From Octopus sinensis (taxonomy: Eukaryota): a stretch of DNA of 64,000 bases. Made by a program: the position numbers and the translations under genes. How positions within the stretch are numbered: the first letter of the stretch is position 1; each line of letters starts with the position of its first letter. Below the pieces are notes generated by a model. It saw nothing but the letters and a program-made list of their open reading frames with translations, had not been told where the DNA came from and ran no database searches. The stretch spans positions 37,572,001-37,636,000 of the forward strand of contig NC_043012.1 of the NCBI RefSeq assembly GCF_006345805.1. Reading direction: 5' to 3'. This document shows, piece by piece, positions 60,402 to 64,000 of this stretch.

Positions 60402-62879
60402 ATATATATTATTTATTATATTTATTATATATATATATATATTATATATTATTTATCATATATATATATATATATTATTTATTTTACATATTTATATATA
60501 TATATATATATATTATTTATATTATTTATTTTATATATTTATATATATATATATATTATTTATCATATATATTGATATATATATTATTTATCATATATAT
60601 TTATATATATATATATTATTTATCATATATATATATATATATATATTATTTATCATATATATTTATATATATATATATTATTTATCATATATAATATATA
60701 TATATTATTTATTATATATATTTATATATATATATTATTTATCATATATAAATATATATATATTATTTATTATATTATATATATATATATTATTTATTAT
60801 ATATATATATATAGAGAGAGAGAGAGACACACAAACTTATTTCCTTTAGCTTAGCTTCTGTAAGTAGATGCACAGACATACAGGCAGCTTAAAAGACAGA
60901 GATGTTTGCCCCCCCCCCCCGCTGCTGCTGCCGCCGCCACCACCACCACCACTACTACTACCACTACTACTGATATTGAGTACAAGTACAGACTTCTGTC
61001 AAGTACCACTTGACAGAATATATATCATTGTATTATGAATGATACACCTTAGCTGTTATGCTAGCTGTTGGCATTTGTTGTTGTTACTGTGGTGGTAGTT
61101 GTTGTGGTGATGGTGATGATGATGATGGCAATAATGGCAGTGGTGGTGGTGGATATTATTTCAAAGTTGACCTCGGCAGAATCTGAACTCGGACTATGAA
61201 GACAGGCATTGCTAAGCATTTGGCCTCGTATGCTCATAATTCTGCCAGCTCATCACCATGGTAATGATAATATCACAAAACCAGGATTCTGAAAGAAGTA
61301 ATCAATGAAATCAACCCCAGTGCTTAACTGGTCCTTTATTTTATTGACCCTGAAAGGATGAAAAAAGGCAAAATTGATTCAATAGGATTTAAACCCAGAG
61401 CATAAAGAAGCTGTAACTGTTTTTTCAATTCACAAGAATGAAATTAAGGGGACATTTGGCACCTTGGGTAAATGCCTTTTATTATAACTCCTGGTCAATC
61501 AAAGCCTTGTGAATGGATTTGGTAGAAACTGAAAGAAGTGCATGTGTGTGTGTGTGTGTGTGTGTTAAAGTCTCTTTGCCTTAGGTTTCATGCCACAGTT
61601 GTAAACAAGTGTCTCCGTCATACAAGCAGTGTCTATTTTCTATCTCCTGTGAAAACATGTCTGGTCGTGGGGAATATTACCTTGCCTGGAAAAAGGAAGG
61701 ACATGTGTCTGTAGAAAATTTGCCTCAAATTTCATTCGGCTCATGCAAGCATGGAAAAATGGGGAGGATGAACTTAGACAGGGTCACTTTGATGGCACTT
61801 CTGTACCTGTAGAGTTTATCCGAAAGCGAAGACCCTACTCCCTCTCCCCAAGAACAGTGGAAGTTGTCCATAACCTCCTGGCAAAAAGTTCTCCAGAATA
61901 AGACTTTAACTTCAACATCTAGCTACCCCAAGATGCCCACCACTATTCATTTGTTAAATGCAAAAGTTGATGTACCACTAATAACATTGCCTGACTGGTA
62001 CAAGATCTACAAGCACCTGATAACATCCCAGGTGGCAAGTGTTTAATCTTGGTTTTCATCCAACCCAGGGCTGCTGCTCCATTAAAAGAAACAAGCTGAA
62101 CAAACATGACTTAGTCACCATCCAAGAATCTCTGTCAATGCAACAGCCTCAGCACATTTTTTGAATCATTAGCCACGGCATAACAAACCTTACATGCAGA
62201 GAAAACTGGCAGCAGATTGACAAGATGTGAAAGAGTACATTTTGTTCATTGCTTGTGGAAAGAAAGCATGAAAACTCGGGCAAAAGCACTACAGTCATGT
62301 GGTAATGCAGAACAGAACTAATGTATACATTAGCCACTTCTGACCAATCTTTCAAGAAAAGATTCCTCTCGACTGATTTCTAGTTTAACTTTAATTCTAT
62401 CTACCTGGAGGTTTGGCTTAAATCAGAGCCCAAGTACCTTAAAAGAACCATCAGTCAAATAAACCATATCATTGAATAGGGTGGACTTGCCCTCACCAAG
62501 TGCCAAGTTGAAAGCTCGCTTATTTTCTTAATGTTTGTTGCTGTTCCAGCTTCATATTTCTTCAGTGTGGTACCAACCGCCATCACATACACTTCCACAC
62601 ACGCACAAAGACAAAAGTTAATTAACAACAATGCTAAAGTTTGAAACAAAACTAAAGAAAAATATAATGAAGGAAAGTAATGATGCAGGGTGATGTTTGT
62701 TGTGTGACTGTCATGTTTGTATTTTGGTATTAAAAACTGGGCACCATGTCAACTGTGGAGTAAATGTTTAGGGTGGACACACCTCAAAGAACAACATGAC
62801 AAAAAAAAAAGCAAAAAGAAACAGAATTTAAAGAGAGATTCTTGGATAAACACAACAGCAACAAATGAAGAAAGAGATA

Positions 62880-64000
62880 TTCATCATCATCGTTTAATGT
62901 CCGTTTTCCGCACTAGCACGGGTTGGATGGTTTGACAGGGGTCTGGGAAGCCAGAAGGCTGCACCAGGTTCCAGTCTGATCTGGCAGTGTTTCTATAGCT
63001 GGATGCCCTTCCTAACACCAACCACTCCGTGAGTGTAGTGGATGCTTTTTACGGGCCACCGGCAAAGAAGCCAGTCAAGGCAGGGCTGGCAACGGCCACT
63101 TTCGGATGGTGCTTTTTACGTGCCACTGGCACAGGTATCACAACTACTATTTCCATTTGATATTTATTTTGATATTGATGTACTTGACTCAATAGGTCTC
63201 CTCAAGCACAGCAGGTCACTCTACGATCCAAGGTAAGCACAGAAGGCCGTTCTGCAATCCAAGATACTTTGAATGGGCTGGGGCTATGCGAAACTGGAGC
63301 AGGAAGCAGCCCGGGTCTTTGCAGTCACAGCATATCTCCAGAGATCTCAGTCCTTCGTCATTGCCTCTGTGAGGCCCAACGCTCGGAGGTCATGCTTGTC
63401 TACCTCATCCCATGTCTTCCTGAGTCTAACTCGCCCTCTGATACCTTCAACTGTTTGGGAGTGGCACTTTTTCACACATCTCTCCTCATCCATCCGCAGT
63501 ACAGGACCATACCATCGCAAGCGTCTCTCTTGCACACCACATCTGATGGTTCTTATGTCCAGCATTTCTCTCAGGGCACTTACACTCTGTCGTGTGTGCA
63601 CATTGACACTACACATCCAGCGGATCATGCCAGCTTCATTTCTTTCAAGTCTACGCATGTCCTCTGCAGTCACAGCCCATGTTTCACTATCGTGAAGCAT
63701 GGTGGTTCGCACACATGCATCATACAATCTACCTTTCACTCTGAGCGAGAGACCCTTTGTCACCAATAGAGGTAGGAGCTTTCTAAACTTTGCACAGGTT
63801 ATTCTTATTCTAGTGGTGACACTCTCTGAGCATCCACCTCCACTACTAACTTGGTCACCTAGGTAGCGGAAACAATGAACTATTTCTAGTTTCTCCCCAA
63901 AGAGTGTAATGGAACCTGTTTTCTGAGTATCTGTGGTGTCTATTGCTCCTGTGCATCTGCCGCACACGAAAGCTATCTTATCAGTTAATTTCCCTTTGAT
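62880..64000 (-). mobile_element. RTE LINE 3' portion (divergent subfamily), runs off the window end
   Basis: ORF 63347-63967 (FRYLGDQVSSGGG...RRLRWYG) followed by the RTE-type 3'UTR and tail at about 62880. Confidence 0.9.

Noticed and set aside
61800-62350. Unique-looking stretch with GFHPTQGC-like translation
   Set aside because: It is possibly a very old LINE RT remnant, but too degraded to support a call.

Overview
This is eukaryotic, AT-rich, microsatellite- and retroposon-dense DNA with one 100-N scaffold gap at 31079-31178. The repeat repertoire (RTE LINEs with (GAT)n tails, tRNA-headed SINEs, extreme (TA)n load) suggests an octopod cephalopod; that assignment is inference. The window covers the 5' part of a minus-strand NDR-family kinase gene (STK38/STK38L/tricornered). 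Two coding exons are clear: 14653-14529 (MATVGEQIQISSHTVDKVTKAKVTLENYYTNLLMQHEEREIR) and 9072-9021 (YRMLEQSMEEEGLSEEQ). The kinase-domain exons are not in the window and should lie below coordinate 1. The remainder is intronic or upstream sequence filled with RTE and CR1 LINEs, at least four SINE families, mariner/pogo/TTAA MITEs, Helitron and Helentron derivatives, a probable solo LTR and Penelope-like inverted or tandem elements. The best leads are four. (1) A well-spliced His/Tyr/Ser-rich exon 28 kb upstream that would join in frame to the NDR start exon. (2) A C4HC3 PHD finger embedded inside the RTE reverse transcriptase. (3) A set of Penelope-like hairpin elements carrying hammerhead-ribozyme core motifs, two of them in the sense orientation of the kinase gene. 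(4) A modular stem-loop array in the RTE 3'UTR and a SINE/CR1 shared tail. There are no prokaryotic genes, rRNA, real tRNA genes or CRISPR arrays. All calls were made by eye, without database searches.
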